A DNA stretch of 64,000 nucleotides from Balanoglossus misakiensis (lineage: Eukaryota > Animalia > Hemichordata): positions 339,740 to 403,739 of the forward strand of contig CM082578.2 of assembly GCA_040954595.2 (NCBI GenBank). The letters run 5' to 3'. Positions 62,001 to 64,000 of the stretch are shown here, piece by piece. Positions within the stretch are counted from its first letter, which is position 1. Each line of letters begins with the position of its first letter. The notes under the pieces were generated by a model that saw only the letters and a program-made list of their open reading frames with translations, was not told the DNA's origin and ran no database searches. Position numbers and translations under genes: made by a program.

Positions 62001-62753
62001 AAGAAAATTCACCGACAGTTCAAGATTCTGTAAATTCTGTCTACGTTTTTTCGCCACTGTTTTGCTGTAGTCAATCACAAAACCTCTAATCTTAAATTTT
62101 ATGAAGTCCCAACGAACCCCATCATTTAACCTAGTGGATTCACTAATCCACTCGTCAATATTATCGTGCAGAATGGTTTTGAAAGTACTGTCGTAAATTA
62201 AACTAGAATTAAACTTCCAGTAGCCAGGACCCCGCTCGTTTTGGCAAGATTTATACACCAAAGAGACAGCTGAATGGTCGGAATCCACTCCAGGAATAAT
62301 CTGAACGCTACTGATTTGTTGCTGTAAATCGCTAGAAATGAAAAAATAATCAAGTCTACTCTGAGTGATATAAGGCCTGCGCCTTCTCCAGGTAAAACCT
62401 CTCTTTTCTTCATGACGCACCCTCCATATATCAATCAAATTGAAGACGTCAGATATCCTATCTAAAAGAGCAATGGACTTTCCCCATGGTTTAGGATTGC
62501 CTCCTGAGCGATCAAGGGCAATATTATAGGTGAAATTTAAATCCCCTCCTAAAATGACAATTGTGTTGGGATCGGTTACATATTTGACCAGCAAAAAATA
62601 CATTTCTTCTAGAAAAATTACATGCTCTTTCTCTATATTGGGTGCATATACATTAAGTAGTATACAAGGCGTATTGTCTAAATTTACATCAATAAGAATA
62701 AATCTACCCATATCGTCAGTTACAGAATTGTTAACTATAATATTTGGGTTATT
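59094..62753 (-). mobile_element. Second copy of the L1/Tx1-type LINE (ORF2 interrupted in the APE domain)
   Basis: Reverse complement of ~19620-23255 with the same 3' junction. ORF 59259-62753 is near-identical to 19401-23090 and is interrupted at 62753 by a hairpin element. Confidence 0.95.
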
Positions 62754-64000
62754 AGGGCCCAAGCCCAGCAGGCTTGGGCCCTATTGGTATTACTGGGTTT
62801 TTAGGGCCCAAGCCCAGCAGGCTTGGGCCCTATTGGTATTACTGGGTTTTTTCTTCTACTTCTTCTTCTTCTTCTTGTGTCGTTTTTTTGTCCAGCTAGA
62901 TCTTGAAAACGGCTGAACCTACAAATTTCAAAGTTGGCACAATGGTGCAGGCCTATGAGAGCTGGTGCAGTACCCTTGTGAATGTGTAATTAGTCATGTG
63001 ACCTGATGACCATATATGGGCAAAATTTTCAATTTGGCCTAATTTGCATATGAATGGAGATATCAAAATTCTGTTCAGATGCTTTGTGGATCATATGGCC
63101 AGGGTTCTACATGCCAAATGTCAAGGCCATTGGCCATGCCAATTTTGAGAAGAAGATTTTTAAGTATTATTTTTCATATTTTTCGACCAAGCCATGGGCC
63201 TATACTTTACATAGTAAAGCTATGACCACATATTATTTTGGATAAATATGCATACATATCTCAAAATCTGTTAGGCCCATCATCTCCAACTTTGGTGTGC
63301 AGCTAGCCTAGCATTTGTCAATAATTTTAAGCGAAAAAAAATAGTATGAAAAATCGACCGATTTTTTTATATTAATTTTTTTATTAAATTTATACCTTTA
63401 CTTATTCCTCTATGGTTAAGCTATGTCCATGTCTTATTGTGGAATTCTGGTCAGTGCAATAGTCCTGTACAGTGAGTGTCTATTGGTCAGTGAGCACAAT
63501 GGCACCAAAATAAAAGGCAAAATTTTAGGCTCACCTGTAACACCTGCTTAACTCATTAATTATGTGCATACCTAATTATGGGCTAACTAAGAGGGCTAGA
63601 GGTTTCGTTCTTGTGGGACATGGACCAGTATAGGGTCAAAATTTCTTGCCTAAATTTGGGGTGACCTCAGGTGACCTTTGACCTACTTTCCTATATCTCG
63701 GCATCCAGAGCAGGTACAGACTTGGCGTTTGGAAGGTTGGGACTAAAGTTGAAAAGCCAAAATAGGGGTCACCTGTGACACCTGCATATCTCATTAATTA
63801 TGTGCATACCTAATTCCAGGCTAACCAATAGGGCTATAGGTTTGGTTTTTGTTGAACGTGGACCAGTATAGGCTCAAAATTTATTGTCCAAATTTTGCAT
63901 GACCTCAGGTGACCTTTGACCTACTTTACCAGATCTTGGCATCGAGAGCAGGTACAGACTTGGCGTTTGGAGGGTTGGGACTAAAATTGAAAAGCCAAAT
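62753..64000 (+). mobile_element. Hairpin-terminated element with TTC microsatellite and internal ~240-bp tandem repeats (Helentron/HINE-like), runs off the window
   Basis: TAGGGCCCAAGCC-CAGCA-GGCTTGGGCCCTA hairpin present twice in tandem, (TTC)n at ~62851-62876, and ~240-bp repeats starting at ~63528 and ~63767. Inserted at a TT. Confidence 0.65.

Noticed and set aside
59094-62753. Second LINE as an independent site-specific insertion
   Set aside because: Flanking satellite variants mirror those beside the first copy, so it is part of the inverted duplication.

Overview
Eukaryotic (metazoan, probably marine invertebrate; organism not determinable) repeat-rich DNA. The backbone is a ~2.05-kb composite macrosatellite: about 11 alternating 81-bp monomers, a short unique segment ending in poly-G, and an AT-rich part made of ~335-bp diverged subrepeats. 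The array is interrupted by two decayed BEL/Pao LTR retrotransposons, a 5'-truncated L1/Tx1-type LINE with a target-site duplication, and two hairpin-terminated Helentron/HINE-like elements. It switches orientation at two fold-back junctions (4035/4694 and 52096/52969), giving a -/+/- arrangement like an inverted triplication; the LINE is duplicated in the right-hand arm. The most notable item is a ~16.3-kb block (29778-~46127) bounded by a 24-bp perfect inverted repeat. It holds two convergent spliced genes that the ORF track shows only in fragments: an apparently intact 7-exon, ~850-aa KDZ (Kyakuja-Dileera-Zisupton; HMGXB3-like) transposase, and a 4-exon, ~513-aa protein with a divergent NRF1/EWG/P3A2-type DNA-binding domain. 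The gene models were spliced by hand and family assignments rest on motif recognition, not database searches.
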